Of a stretch of 64,000 bases of DNA, positions 37,561 through 47,672 are shown in pieces. The notes under the pieces are model-generated. The model saw only the letters and a list, made by a program, of their open reading frames with translations, was not told where the DNA came from and searched no databases. The position numbers and the translations under genes were made by a program. Positions within the stretch are counted from its first letter, which is position 1. Each line of letters begins with the position of its first letter. Source of the DNA: Acidimicrobiaceae bacterium (GTDB lineage Bacteria; Actinomycetota; Acidimicrobiia; Acidimicrobiales; Ilumatobacteraceae); NCBI GenBank assembly GCA_031404435.1, contig JANNHO010000339.1, positions 543-64,542 on the forward strand, given 5' to 3'.

Positions 37561-38011
37561 GCTCGCTGCTGAGCCGGTGCTGATCGGAGCGCTCGCCGCC
37601 TTGATGTACCGGGCCGAGCCTCGCTTCACCACCGATGTCGACTTTCTCGTGAGGTCCCTCGAGGGCGTCGCCGATGCGTTCCGAGCCGACGGCTACGACA
37701 TTCGCGAGATGGCCGAGCCAGGCGGCGAGCCGTACGTGATGTTCATCCGCGGCCATGGGATGCGGGTGGATGCGCTCCTCGTGGAGACCGACTACCAGGA
37801 GGAGGCCCACCGGCGCGCAGTCGACGGCGTGCTGACCGTGGAGGACGTGATTGTCCACAAGCTGATCGCGTGGCGGGCACGCGATCGCGACGACATCGAC
37901 TCGATCCTGTCGACCCGTCCATCCCTCGATCACGCGTACATCGAGCGATGGACGCAGGAGTGGCAGGTCGCCGATCGCTGGACTGAGTCGCAGCGAGCGG
38001 CCCCCCGTTGA
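37511..38011 (+). CDS. nucleotidyltransferase-fold protein (minimal NTase-like), function unknown
   Basis: IGALAALMYRAEPRFTTDVDFLV resembles the G..A......R.T.D.D motif of minimal nucleotidyltransferases. GTG start. Confidence 0.45.
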   Translation: MPEPSDYWTDFARRLSELAAEPVLIGALAALMYRAEPRFTTDVDFLVRSLEGVADAFRADGYDIREMAEPGGEPYVMFIRGHGMRVDALLVETDYQEEAHRRAVDGVLTVEDVIVHKLIAWRARDRDDIDSILSTRPSLDHAYIERWTQEWQVADRWTESQRAAPR

Positions 38012-38108
38012 GCGCCGGACTGGCTTGCGCGACGGCACACGTGTTCGTGGACGCAGGTATCTGACGGGAGCGGGCTGGGTACCGAGGCGCAGCCACCACG
38101 TGAGAAGG

Positions 38109-40429
38109 ATGTCGATGCGCAAACCAAAACGGTCCGGTATTCCGAAGAACCAAGTGGCCGAGCCACGGGAGTGGTCCACTGGAATTCCGGCCATCGTCAG
38201 CACCGCATCCAGAACGATGGGCAAAGTCGGCCCAGTGCGTACCCTGCGTACGCTTGCCGTGATACACCAACCCGATGGCTACGACTGCCCGGGCTGTGCG
38301 TGGCCGGAGCCGCCGCCCGGCGAGCGGCACCGGATTGAGTTCTGCGAAAGTGGAGCCAAGGCGGTTGCAGAGGAAGCGACGAGCGCCCGGATTGGCGACG
38401 AATTCTTTGCCAGGCACTCCCTCGGGGACCTGCGATCGAGATCGGACTACTGGCTTGGTGAAGCCGGTCGGCTGACTGCACCGATGATCAAGCGTCCCGG
38501 CGGCACCCACTACCAGCCGATCGGATGGGAGGACGCCTTCGTCGAGATCGCCGCGCAGCTACGGGGCCTCGACAACCCCGACCAGGCGGTGTTCTACACC
38601 TCGGGTCGAACCGGCAATGAGGCCGCATTCTTGTTCCAACTGATGGTGCGTTGCTTCGGCACCAACAACCTGCCCGACTGCTCGAACATGTGTCACGAGC
38701 CGACGAGCTTTGCGCTGGCCCAGACGATCGGGGTGGGCAAGGGCTCCGTCCACCTCGACGGCTTCTCCAGAGCCGATCTGATCATCATCGTCGGCCAGAA
38801 TCCTGGCAGTAATCACCTGCGGATGCTCACGACCCTCGGGGCGGCCAAACGGGCTGGGGCAAAGATCATCGCGATCAATCCGCTACCCGAGGCCGGGCTG
38901 CTCCGGTACAAGAACCCGCAAAAGGTCAGCGGAGTAGTCGGGCGCGGCACCGCCATCGCCGACATCCACCTGCCGATCCGGCTCGGCGCCGACCAGGCGT
39001 TGTTTCAGCTGTGGAATCGCTGGCTGCTCGAACGCGAGCGGCAGGTTCCCGGAGCGATCGATACCGCCTTCATTGCCGAGTACACATCTGGATTCAACGC
39101 CATGGAGGCGCACCTGCAAACCGTGGATGAGGCAGCATTGCTCGCCGCGACAGGCCTAGGCCTCAGCGAGATCGCCGAGGCCTTCGAGATGGTGGCCGGG
39201 GCTCGGCGGATGATCATTTGCTGGGCGATGGGCGTCACCCAACACCTCAATGCGATGGACACCATCAACGAGATGAGCAATCTCGCGCTGCTCGGAGGGC
39301 ACATCGGGCGCGATGGTGCCGGGCTGTGCCCGATCCGTGGACACAGCAATGTGCAAGGCGACCGGACCATGGGCATCTTTGATCGACCCGAGCCGGATCT
39401 GCTCGATGCATTGGAAGCCGAGTTCGGTGTGGCGATGCTGCGCCCTGCTGGGCTCGACACGGTCGATGCTGTGCGCGCCTTGCCGACGGGCGCGCTCGCG
39501 TGCTGGTGAGCTTGGGTGGCAAATTCGCGCGTGCCACGCCTGACCCGAACGTGACCGAACCGGCGCTGATGAGCGCTGCGCTGACTGTGCAGATCGCGAC
39601 CAAGCTGAACCGTACGCACACGTGCTGCGGCGACACATCGATCATCCTGCCCACGCTCGGCCGCACCGATCTTGATGACGGCGCGAGCGGCGCGCAGTTC
39701 GTCACGGTCGAGGATTCGATGGGCATGGTTCATGCGTCCAGTGGGGTCCTCGAGCCACCATCGTCGTCGCGGGTTGGCGTGGTTGGTGCCGAGCCGTTGC
39801 GAAGTGAGGCCACGATCATCTGCGATGTCGCTCAAGCGATTTTCGGCAGCGATCATCGTGTGTCGTGGGCGGCGATGCGCACCGACAACGACATCGTCCG
39901 CAACCACATCGCCAACGTGATCCCCGGGTTCAACGACTTCAACAAACGGGTGCGCGAGCTAGGCGGGTTCGCCTTGCCGCATCCGCCACGCGATGCCCGA
40001 CGTTTCCCGACGAGCGACGGAAAGGCCCACTTCAGCGTGACTTCGGTGGCGAGCAATTCGCTGCCGGGCGGCCAACTCATGTTGCAGACGCTCCGCTTGC
40101 ACGACCAGTACAACACAACCGTCTACGGCCACGACGACCGATACCGGGGCATCAAAGGGGATCGTCATGTGATCATGGTGAATCCCACCGACATGGCTCA
40201 GTTGGGATTCGCGGACGCCGACATCGTCAGCGTTCTTCCGGGTCCATCCAGGCGTGCCCGGTCGTACCGGATCGTGGCCTATCCGACCCCGCCTGGAACG
40301 GCTGCGGCCTACTACCCCGAAGCAAACGTCCTACTCAGCTTGGATCATCACGGCCCCGGTGCACAGACGCCTGCCGCAAAGGCGATTCCGATCCGTCTCG
40401 AACGGACGGAGCCAGATGACGGTCGGTGA
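38109..40429 (+). pseudogene. FdhF/YdeP-family molybdopterin oxidoreductase, split by a frameshift
   Basis: QPDGYDCPGCAWPEP and LPDCSNMCHEPTS are YdeP hallmarks in ORF 38025..39509. The continuation ..DGRARVLVSLGGKFARATPD.. is in ORF 39500..40429. The frames switch around 39478-39482. Confidence 0.78.
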
Positions 40430-40464
40430 CGCCGGTCAGTAGTGGCGGCGGTCAGTGGTGCCGG

Positions 40465-40710
40465 TCAGTGATGGTGACGGCGTGGTCGGGCGACAAAGCC
40501 GATGACCGCCCCCGCCACAGCGCTGATGCCGATGACCGCCCACATCGGGGCGGTGGCGTCGCTGAACACCCAGTCGACATTGGCGTCGTCGGTGTTCACC
40601 AGCGCGAACACCAAGATCGCGCCGAGCACGGCAAGCCAGATGACGATCCGGATGGCTTGGCCTGCGCTGGCCTTGCGTTCGTGAAGCGTATGTTGTTCGT
40701 CGTTGCTCAT
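40465..40710 (-). CDS. LapA/DUF1049-like small membrane protein
   Basis: 81 aa with two TM segments and the VDWVF pattern. Confidence 0.55.
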   Translation of the reverse strand: MSNDEQHTLHERKASAGQAIRIVIWLAVLGAILVFALVNTDDANVDWVFSDATAPMWAVIGISAVAGAVIGFVARPRRHHH

Positions 40711-40894
40711 CGGGGCCCCTTACAGACTCGCTCGCCGGAGTTGGGCACCGGCGCTGCGTTGGCGGTACCCGGTTCGGGACGGTGTCGAAACCTCGATCGG
40801 CCGCTCATGTGCCGGAGTCCTCGGCGTGACGAGCCCGGCGTGTGTCCGACGCGCCGTGCAGCATCTGGCAGGATGATTCCATGGGGGTACAGAC

Positions 40895-42295
40895 GTGGCA
40901 GACGTGACGATTCCGCTGAGATCACGGCTGTCGGTGACCGTGGTGGCCGCATCGTCGCTGCTTGCTGCAGCCGGCGTGATCCATATCGCGCTGGTTCCGT
41001 CGCACATCGACGTGTGGGCCGCAGAGGGTGTTGGCTTCGCCGTCGCCGGATGGCTGCAACTCGCGCTCGCCGTCGGTCTCACGCGCCCAGGGGGCAGGCG
41101 GCTGCTCGGGATGTCGATTCTGGTCAACGTGGTGCTCGTGGCGATGTGGGTCGTCAGCCGCACCAGCGGGTTCCCGGTAGGCCCGTACGCCAACCACGCC
41201 GAGTCAGTGGCGTTCACCGACGCAGCAACGGCGGCCATGGAAACAGTTGCCATCGGTTTCGCGTCTGCGGCTCTTGCCCGCCCCGTACTCACCTCAGCCG
41301 TTCGGCACCGCAGTGCGGCCCTCATCCCGCTCATGGCGGTGGCACTGACCAGCGCGGTGCTCCTGTCGCCCAGCGCCCGCGACCATGCTGGATCCGCCCA
41401 CGGCGACCATCCTGCAGCGGGAGCCGCTCTCGTCGCGTCAGTTGCCGTGCCCCTCGCAGTGTCGGAACCTGCCGTGCGCGAGTCGGCAGATCACGGTCAC
41501 GGCGGCGCCACCAATGCCTTGGCGAATGCTCCAACCGCGGCACCCGTAGTCGCCAGTGTTCATGCTGACCCGGTCGTTCATGCCGACCCGGTCACACATG
41601 CGGTCGTCGCCGGCCCGGCCGTTGACGTGGCCGTTGACGACAAGGGGTTCTCCCTGCTGATGAACGGGCACCAGCACGAGGCCGAACCGCAGCCGATGGA
41701 TTCGGCAACCACGGTGCTGCTCGCTCACCAGTTGGCCCGCACCGCGGAGTTGGTGGCGATGTACCCGACTGTGGCGGCAGCGGAGGCGGCCGGCTATCGC
41801 CGCCAGGGTCCGTTCTCGCCCGGCCTCGGCACCCACTACGGCAAGGGTGGCGACACCCTCGTCGGGGCGATCATCGATGAGGACAACGTGCTGGATCCGA
41901 TGTTGATCTACGACGGAGCCGATCCAGATTCGAAGCTGAGTGGCTTCATGTACGTCGCGTTCGGTGTCGATGGTGTGCCGGAGGGGTTCGCTGGCGCCAA
42001 CGACGTGTGGCACGAGCACACCAACGTGTGCCTGGTGGTCAACCCCGACGGCTCGACCGACGCGCCCCTCGGTGCCGACCGCAGCGATGTATCGCCGGAG
42101 CTGTGCGACCGGTACGGCGGTTTCCTTATCGACAACACCGGCTACATGGTGCACGTGTGGACCGTGCCCGGCTACGAGAGTTCGCTCGGTGTGTTCAACA
42201 AGGTCAACCCCGCACTCACCTGCGCCGACGGCAGCTATTACATCAAGCTGATTGAGGAATGGGGCGACTCCGTCACTTCGTGCGCCGACGCGTAG
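40895..42295 (+). CDS. membrane-anchored protein with a His-rich linker, function unknown
   Basis: About 4 N-terminal TM segments, His/Ala/Val-rich repeats (HADPVVHADPVTH), and a C-terminal soluble domain with WHEH. GTG start. Confidence 0.45.
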   Translation: MADVTIPLRSRLSVTVVAASSLLAAAGVIHIALVPSHIDVWAAEGVGFAVAGWLQLALAVGLTRPGGRRLLGMSILVNVVLVAMWVVSRTSGFPVGPYANHAESVAFTDAATAAMETVAIGFASAALARPVLTSAVRHRSAALIPLMAVALTSAVLLSPSARDHAGSAHGDHPAAGAALVASVAVPLAVSEPAVRESADHGHGGATNALANAPTAAPVVASVHADPVVHADPVTHAVVAGPAVDVAVDDKGFSLLMNGHQHEAEPQPMDSATTVLLAHQLARTAELVAMYPTVAAAEAAGYRRQGPFSPGLGTHYGKGGDTLVGAIIDEDNVLDPMLIYDGADPDSKLSGFMYVAFGVDGVPEGFAGANDVWHEHTNVCLVVNPDGSTDAPLGADRSDVSPELCDRYGGFLIDNTGYMVHVWTVPGYESSLGVFNKVNPALTCADGSYYIKLIEEWGDSVTSCADA

Positions 42296-42311
42296 CCGGT
42301 CGCGCGCGCGG

Positions 42312-42818
42312 TCAGGTCGTCGCGGGCGGGCGCCGGAACGACACTGCGAGCTGAGCAACTGCTCCGCCGATGCCGACGGCGGCGGCGACGATCGCGCCGC
42401 TCCACCCGCTCCACACGATGTCAAAGGCATGATCAAGGGACCACTCGCCCGGCCCCACGATGGCGATCACCCATGCGGCAACCGCGATCGATGCGCAGTA
42501 CTCCCAGCCTTCGCCTTTGCGGAAGATGAAGAACCCGACCTTCCAGTGCACGGTCACGATGGCGACGATCATCAACGCGATGACGGCGGCGGCGGCCAGC
42601 GGCGTCACGAACCCGAGCGCAAGCAGGAGTCCGGCTCCGACCTCGGTGGTCGCGGCCAGCCGAGCTTGCAGTGCGGGCCAGCGCATCCCGATCCCGCCGA
42701 ACCACCCCGCCGTTCCGGCGAGGCCGGCGGGACCGAAGAATTTGTTGTAGCCGTGGTAGGCGAGGAACACGCCGAACACCACCCGCAGGACCAACAGGCC
42801 GAAGTTGAACTGGTTCAC
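42312..42818 (-). CDS. DoxX family membrane protein
   Basis: LLVLRVVFGVFLAYHGYNKF is a typical DoxX N-terminus. GTG 42818 overlaps the gpgS stop. Confidence 0.82.
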   Translation of the reverse strand: MNQFNFGLLVLRVVFGVFLAYHGYNKFFGPAGLAGTAGWFGGIGMRWPALQARLAATTEVGAGLLLALGFVTPLAAAAVIALMIVAIVTVHWKVGFFIFRKGEGWEYCASIAVAAWVIAIVGPGEWSLDHAFDIVWSGWSGAIVAAAVGIGGAVAQLAVSFRRPPATT

Positions 42819-43729
42819 GAGGAGCTCCCTAGATCATGGGTGGTGCGTACTTGTTGGCTGCTGGCTCGCACTGGCGGGCGTTCTGCCAGATTGAGCGGAA
42901 CGAGCGAACCGTCAGCGCGGGTCAGCGCGGGCGCCACGATAGAGAGTGCGGGATCGATTCGCGTCAGCGCGGTGGCCATCACCTCGGCGGCTTGCACCGA
43001 CAGCGCATGCAGGCTGCGGTGGCGGTGGTGACGTACCCCCAGATCGACCTGCGCGATGCTCTCAGGCCCGTAGGCGGCGGCGACGTCGAACAGCATTGCG
43101 ATCTCCACGCCCCAACCCTCGACGAACGGGATCGATTCCAGCGCGCTTCGCCTGCCGGCAAACTCACCCGACAGCGGCTGCGCGAGTGGGGACAGGCCAG
43201 GCGCGAACAACGACAGCAATGGCCGAGCAACAAGTTCGGTCGTTCGCCCCCCGCCGCCGGCGTTGGTGGGCCGGTGGTACGACGCCTTGACGAGTTGCAC
43301 CGAGTGGTCCTCGACGAGTGGGGCAAGCAGCCGAACGACCCAGTCAGGGGTGAACGATGTGACGTCGCCGTCGCACCACACCACCAGATCGCCGCCCGAG
43401 GCAACGAGCGATGCCCACAGCGCGTTGCCCTTCCCGTGACCGATCCCGTAAGCCGCATGGACCTCTTCGATGTGGATCACCCGTGCGCCGGCGGCAGCGG
43501 CAACGGCATGGGTGTCGTCGGTGGAGCGGTCGTCGAGCACGATCAACTCGTCGACGAGGGGCACCGCCTCGACGAGTTGGCGGCGGGCGCTGGTGATCAG
43601 CTCGCCGACCGTTGCAGCCTCGTCACGGCACGGAAAGCACAGTGTGACGGTGCGATCGCCCTTGGCCGCAAGCACCCGCTCCGCGGTCCATCCCGAGGGG
43701 TCGAAGGTGCGTGCAGTTCGAATGCTCAT
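42815..43729 (-). CDS. gpgS: glucosyl-3-phosphoglycerate synthase
   Basis: VDELIVLDDRSTDDT, GKGNALW, GGGRTTELVARPLL, QPLSGEFAG, GWGVEI and QVDLGVRHHRHR parallel Mtb GpgS (Rv1208) as recalled. It is divergent from a folP2-like gene, as in mycobacteria. Confidence 0.85.
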   Translation of the reverse strand: MSIRTARTFDPSGWTAERVLAAKGDRTVTLCFPCRDEAATVGELITSARRQLVEAVPLVDELIVLDDRSTDDTHAVAAAAGARVIHIEEVHAAYGIGHGKGNALWASLVASGGDLVVWCDGDVTSFTPDWVVRLLAPLVEDHSVQLVKASYHRPTNAGGGGRTTELVARPLLSLFAPGLSPLAQPLSGEFAGRRSALESIPFVEGWGVEIAMLFDVAAAYGPESIAQVDLGVRHHRHRSLHALSVQAAEVMATALTRIDPALSIVAPALTRADGSLVPLNLAERPPVRASSQQVRTTHDLGSSS

Positions 43730-43776
43730 GATGCAGGCTTCCTGCGCGCTGCCGTCGGCCGATAGGTTCGCCCGTC

Positions 43777-44523
43777 ATGCACCTCTTCGGCGTCGTCAAC
43801 GCCAGCCCCGATTCCTTGCACGCCGACTCGATCGTGTCCACGCCGGACGAAGCCGTGGCCAGGGCCAGAAGACTGCTCGCGGACGGTGCCGATTCGATCG
43901 ACGTGGGCGGCCAGGGCTCGACCGACATCGCCGAGGTGGTCGACTGGCGGGTGGAGTGGGGTCGGCTCGAACACGTGATCCCCGCTCTGGCCGCGCTCGG
44001 TGTGGACGTGAGCGTCGACACCTGGCGCCCCGAAGTGGCCACACGGGCGCTGACGGCTGGAGCCACGGTGTTGAATGCCGCCGATGGGATGCAAATCGAC
44101 GCGATGTGGGAAGTGGCTGCCGAACACGCGGTGCCGATCGTGGTGCCGTTCCTGTCCGGTCCCGATCCACGCTCGATGACCCTGGTGGCACACGACCCGG
44201 TCGGCACGATCACGGATTTTTTCGCCGCCCGCCTGGCTCAGGCCGAGCGCTACGGCGTGCGCGAGCGATGCATCCTCGACCCGGGGACGGGCTTCGCTCC
44301 GCCGAACTGGCCGTGGGAGGAGCGGTACATCTACCAGCGCGAGGTCTACACGCGGCTCGGCGAGTTGCGCCAGTTCGGCCTGCCGTTGTACGTCGCGTTG
44401 CCGTGGAAGCGCACCGCTCAACACGACGAACTGCTCGAGATCGTGGTCCGCCAGCAACCCGAGTACGGCCGGGTCCATTACCCCGAGCGGGTACGCGCGA
44501 TCGAGGCCCGCCTCGGACTCTGA
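43777..44523 (+). CDS. dihydropteroate synthase-like protein (FolP2-type)
   Basis: GVVNASPDS, ADSIDVGGQ, DTW and LNAADG pterin-binding motifs. Confidence 0.82.
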   Translation: MHLFGVVNASPDSLHADSIVSTPDEAVARARRLLADGADSIDVGGQGSTDIAEVVDWRVEWGRLEHVIPALAALGVDVSVDTWRPEVATRALTAGATVLNAADGMQIDAMWEVAAEHAVPIVVPFLSGPDPRSMTLVAHDPVGTITDFFAARLAQAERYGVRERCILDPGTGFAPPNWPWEERYIYQREVYTRLGELRQFGLPLYVALPWKRTAQHDELLEIVVRQQPEYGRVHYPERVRAIEARLGL

Positions 44524-44564
44524 GGCTGTCACGACCGCTGCGTTGCGCAACCGAGCGACGGCTG

Positions 44565-45431
44565 TCATTCTGCCGGGAGCACGAGTGGGCCGCGCGGGTG
44601 AACCTCATCGGCGGGAAGTGCGTCGTCCCAACCGACGGGGCACCGTTCGGGCGCGACCTCAGCCAGCGGGGCGAGCACGAAGCGGCGTTCTGCGTAGCGC
44701 GGGTGCGGGATCGTCAGTTGTGGGTCGTCGATGCGAATGTCGTCGTAGAACAACACGTCGACATCGAGCGTTCGCGGCCCCCAGTGAACGACGCGCTGGC
44801 GGAGCGCCTCGGCCTCGATCTGGCGGCACCGGCGCAAGAACGCGTACGGGTCGAGCGTGGTGCGGACGGCGACGACCATGTTGAGGTACCGGCCCTGCTG
44901 GTCGGGACCGCCCACCGGGTCGGTCTCGAACACCTGCGACATGGCCTGCACATTGGGCAGGGACGTGACGGCGGAGCGCAGGAAGCCCTCTCGGTCGCCG
45001 AGGCTGGAACCGAGCGCCACGATGGCGAGGTGCGACTCGCGGTCCACGACGTCGTAGTCGCGGCGGTGGCGGCGGATGCTGACGGCGGTGGTGCTCACCT
45101 GTTCGGGGATTGGTGGCCGCAGCTTGGTGACAGTGACGTCGACGGCCTCCACGCGGTCGATGGCGAGCACCACTTCGGCCACCCGGTCGGCGAGCCGCTC
45201 CAGCAGCAGATCCTTCGATTCGCGCACTGCCTGCGCGACGCGTTCGGCGACGTCGCCGTAGTTCGCGGTGTCCGCCAGCTCATCGGTGCGGCCGGCGTCG
45301 CGCAGGTCGACGAACAGGTCGAGATCGATCTGGACCGGCTGCGCGATGGTGCGCTCGTGGGGCAGAACACCAACAATCGTGGTGACGAGCAGACCACGGA
45401 TCTCGATCGAGTCGGACGGGAGGGAGGACAT
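44565..45431 (-). CDS. bifunctional dihydroneopterin aldolase / HPPK (FolB-FolK fusion)
   Basis: Trimmed to ATG 45431. The N-terminal half IEIRGL...GVLPHER...Q....DL is FolB. The C-terminal half IVALGSSLGDR...ETDPVGGPDQ..YLN...RWGPRTLDVDVL...PHP is FolK. There is no stop between them. Confidence 0.8.
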   Translation of the reverse strand: MSSLPSDSIEIRGLLVTTIVGVLPHERTIAQPVQIDLDLFVDLRDAGRTDELADTANYGDVAERVAQAVRESKDLLLERLADRVAEVVLAIDRVEAVDVTVTKLRPPIPEQVSTTAVSIRRHRRDYDVVDRESHLAIVALGSSLGDREGFLRSAVTSLPNVQAMSQVFETDPVGGPDQQGRYLNMVVAVRTTLDPYAFLRRCRQIEAEALRQRVVHWGPRTLDVDVLFYDDIRIDDPQLTIPHPRYAERRFVLAPLAEVAPERCPVGWDDALPADEVHPRGPLVLPAE

Positions 45432-45613
45432 GGTGAGGGCTCCGAGCGCTCGATTCGAAGCGAGCATGATCTGGCAGGAGTGCCATGGCGGTACGTGGTC
45501 GGCAACGGTATCCGACGGTCGCCGAAGTCGGGCCACCGACGGCCGGCCGGCCGGCCCACTGGCGTTGCGCTCGGGTGGTTTACTCGTCACCCGAACGGGG
45601 TACTTTCGCCCTC

Positions 45614-46768
45614 ATGGACATAGTTCCCATCACCTCAACCCGCACACCTTCTCGCATGCCTCGGCCCGATTCGGGGTTGTCGCGCCGCTCGCTGTTCGCC
45701 ATGGCCGCGGCAGTCGGTCCGGCGATGCTGCTGGCATCGTGCGGCGACGACGAGCCCGCCACCCCGGCCGCTTCAGCCGATGACACCACTGGTGCCGAGG
45801 CGGCCGACCTGACCGGCACGCTCAACTTGTTGAACTTCACCGGCTGGGCCGGCCCGACCACCTATGCCGATTTCGCTGCGGCGTTCCCCGGAGCGACGGT
45901 CAACGAGATCGCCTGGGCATCGAATGACGACACCATCACCAAGGCCAAAGATCGCGCTGGCGACATCGATGTCGTGCTGGTGGACGGCACCACGTTCCCG
46001 CGGCTCACCGCCATCGGTGCGCTCGCCACCCTCGGAGACCTGCCCAACCTCGCCGCCGTGAGCAACGCGTACAAGAACAACAGCTGGGATCCCGACAATG
46101 CATCGTTCGCGCCGACCGATCACGGGCGCACCGGCATCATCTACCGCAAGGACCTCGTCACCACGGCGCCCACGTCGTGGGCAGACTTCTTCGCCATGGC
46201 ACCCGAGTACACCGGGAAGGTCGCCATGCTCGATTATCAGCTCAGCGTGATGGCCAACGTTTTGCAGATGATGGGCCTCCCGCACAGCTCCACCGACCAG
46301 GCCGACCTCGACCAGGTGCTCGAGGTGCTCACGACGGTGAAGCCGCACCTGCTGGCGATCTCCACCGAGGTGGGCAGCACCGTTGCCGCAGGCGATGCGG
46401 TGATGGCGATGTGCGATGCGTACGACGCCCAATCGGCGCTCACCACGAACCCCGACGTGGTGTGGGTCGACCCGAGCGAAGGCCAGGTCGGCTACCTCGA
46501 GGGGCTGGCCGTGCTCGAAGGCCCGCGCAACGATCTCGCCAGAGCCTTCGTCAACTTCTTCCTCGAACCGAAGAACTACGCCTCGTTCATCAACGCGGTC
46601 GCGTCCCCGTACGTGCAACCGGACAACCCCGACATCGACGAGGTGTTGAAGAGTTCGCCGGTGATCAACCCTCCGGCCGGGGTGGTGGAGAAGGTGAACT
46701 TCCACGACTTCCTCGGCGAATCGCAGCCGATGTGGGACGCCGTTTGGGACGCGTTCAAGGCCGCTTGA
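45614..46768 (+). CDS. ABC transporter substrate-binding lipoprotein (PotD/PotF polyamine-type)
   Basis: Trimmed to ATG 45614. SRRSLFAMAAAVGPAMLLASCG is a TAT-like signal plus lipobox. ATG 45656 is an alternative. Confidence 0.78.
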   Translation: MDIVPITSTRTPSRMPRPDSGLSRRSLFAMAAAVGPAMLLASCGDDEPATPAASADDTTGAEAADLTGTLNLLNFTGWAGPTTYADFAAAFPGATVNEIAWASNDDTITKAKDRAGDIDVVLVDGTTFPRLTAIGALATLGDLPNLAAVSNAYKNNSWDPDNASFAPTDHGRTGIIYRKDLVTTAPTSWADFFAMAPEYTGKVAMLDYQLSVMANVLQMMGLPHSSTDQADLDQVLEVLTTVKPHLLAISTEVGSTVAAGDAVMAMCDAYDAQSALTTNPDVVWVDPSEGQVGYLEGLAVLEGPRNDLARAFVNFFLEPKNYASFINAVASPYVQPDNPDIDEVLKSSPVINPPAGVVEKVNFHDFLGESQPMWDAVWDAFKAA

Positions 46769-46769
46769 T

Positions 46770-47672
46770 GTGACCGCGCTGCTGAATCGAGACGGCTCAG
46801 CTCGTGTACCGGGTCGGTTGCGACTGGGCCCGCTCGTGGTACCGGACTGGGCGCTCGTCGTGGTGGTGTGCCTGATCCCCATCGGGTTCATGGTCGTGCA
46901 ATCATTCGGCCGCGCCAACCCGATCACCCTCGACGTCGAGCTGACCGGAACCATCGACAGCTACCGCACGTTGCTGTCCGAGACGTACCGGCCGGTGCTG
47001 GTACGTTCGCTGACGCTGTCGGCGATGACGGTCGCGTTGTGCCTGGCGATCGGCACCCCTGCGGCGCTCGCGCTGAGCCGCCTACAGGGCACGTCACGCA
47101 ACCTCGCGTTGCTGGCGGTGATGCTGCCGTCGTTCGTCAGCTTCACGGTACGGGTGTTCGCATGGCAGGGAGTCCTCGCCACCGGAGGGCCGCTCGAATC
47201 GGTGACCGGGGCACAGTTGCTGTTCCGGCCGCCGGCGGTGCTGCTCGGCATGATCACCGCGTACGTTCCGCTGTTCGTCCTCCCCGCGTATGTTGCGCTC
47301 GCTCGCGTTCCCATGTCGCTGCTCGATGCCGCATCCGACCTTGGGGCGCGTCACTGGCGTCAGTTGCTGACGATCACCCTGCCGCTCGCCGTGCCAGGCA
47401 TCGTCACCGGCGCGGTCGTGGTCGGCGTGTTGTCGGTGGGGGAGTTCATCGTCCCCGCCGTGCTTGGCGGCGGCAAGGTGCTACTGCTCGGGAACATCCT
47501 CGCCGAACGCGGGGCCGGCCGAGACCAGCCGCTTGGCGGAGCGATCACCACGTTCATGCTGCTCGCGTTCGCGGTCGGTTCCATGGTGGTGCTCTGGTTC
47601 CGACGCCGCAGCTCGGGCACCGGGCTCGCTGGTACCGGGCCAGCAATCAGCGGTGCCGTCGATGCCCCGTAG
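46770..47672 (+). CDS. ABC transporter permease (PotB-like)
   Basis: Six TM-type segments and an EAA-like loop (LLDAASDLGARHWRQLLTITLP). Confidence 0.85.
   Translation: MTALLNRDGSARVPGRLRLGPLVVPDWALVVVVCLIPIGFMVVQSFGRANPITLDVELTGTIDSYRTLLSETYRPVLVRSLTLSAMTVALCLAIGTPAALALSRLQGTSRNLALLAVMLPSFVSFTVRVFAWQGVLATGGPLESVTGAQLLFRPPAVLLGMITAYVPLFVLPAYVALARVPMSLLDAASDLGARHWRQLLTITLPLAVPGIVTGAVVVGVLSVGEFIVPAVLGGGKVLLLGNILAERGAGRDQPLGGAITTFMLLAFAVGSMVVLWFRRRSSGTGLAGTGPAISGAVDAP

Noticed and set aside
38053-38060. Isolated half-site ATCTGACGG upstream of the YdeP-like gene (a second one, TTCTGACG, lies at 59672-59679)
   Set aside because: No inverted partner is within range. Single 7-8-mers are expected by chance.
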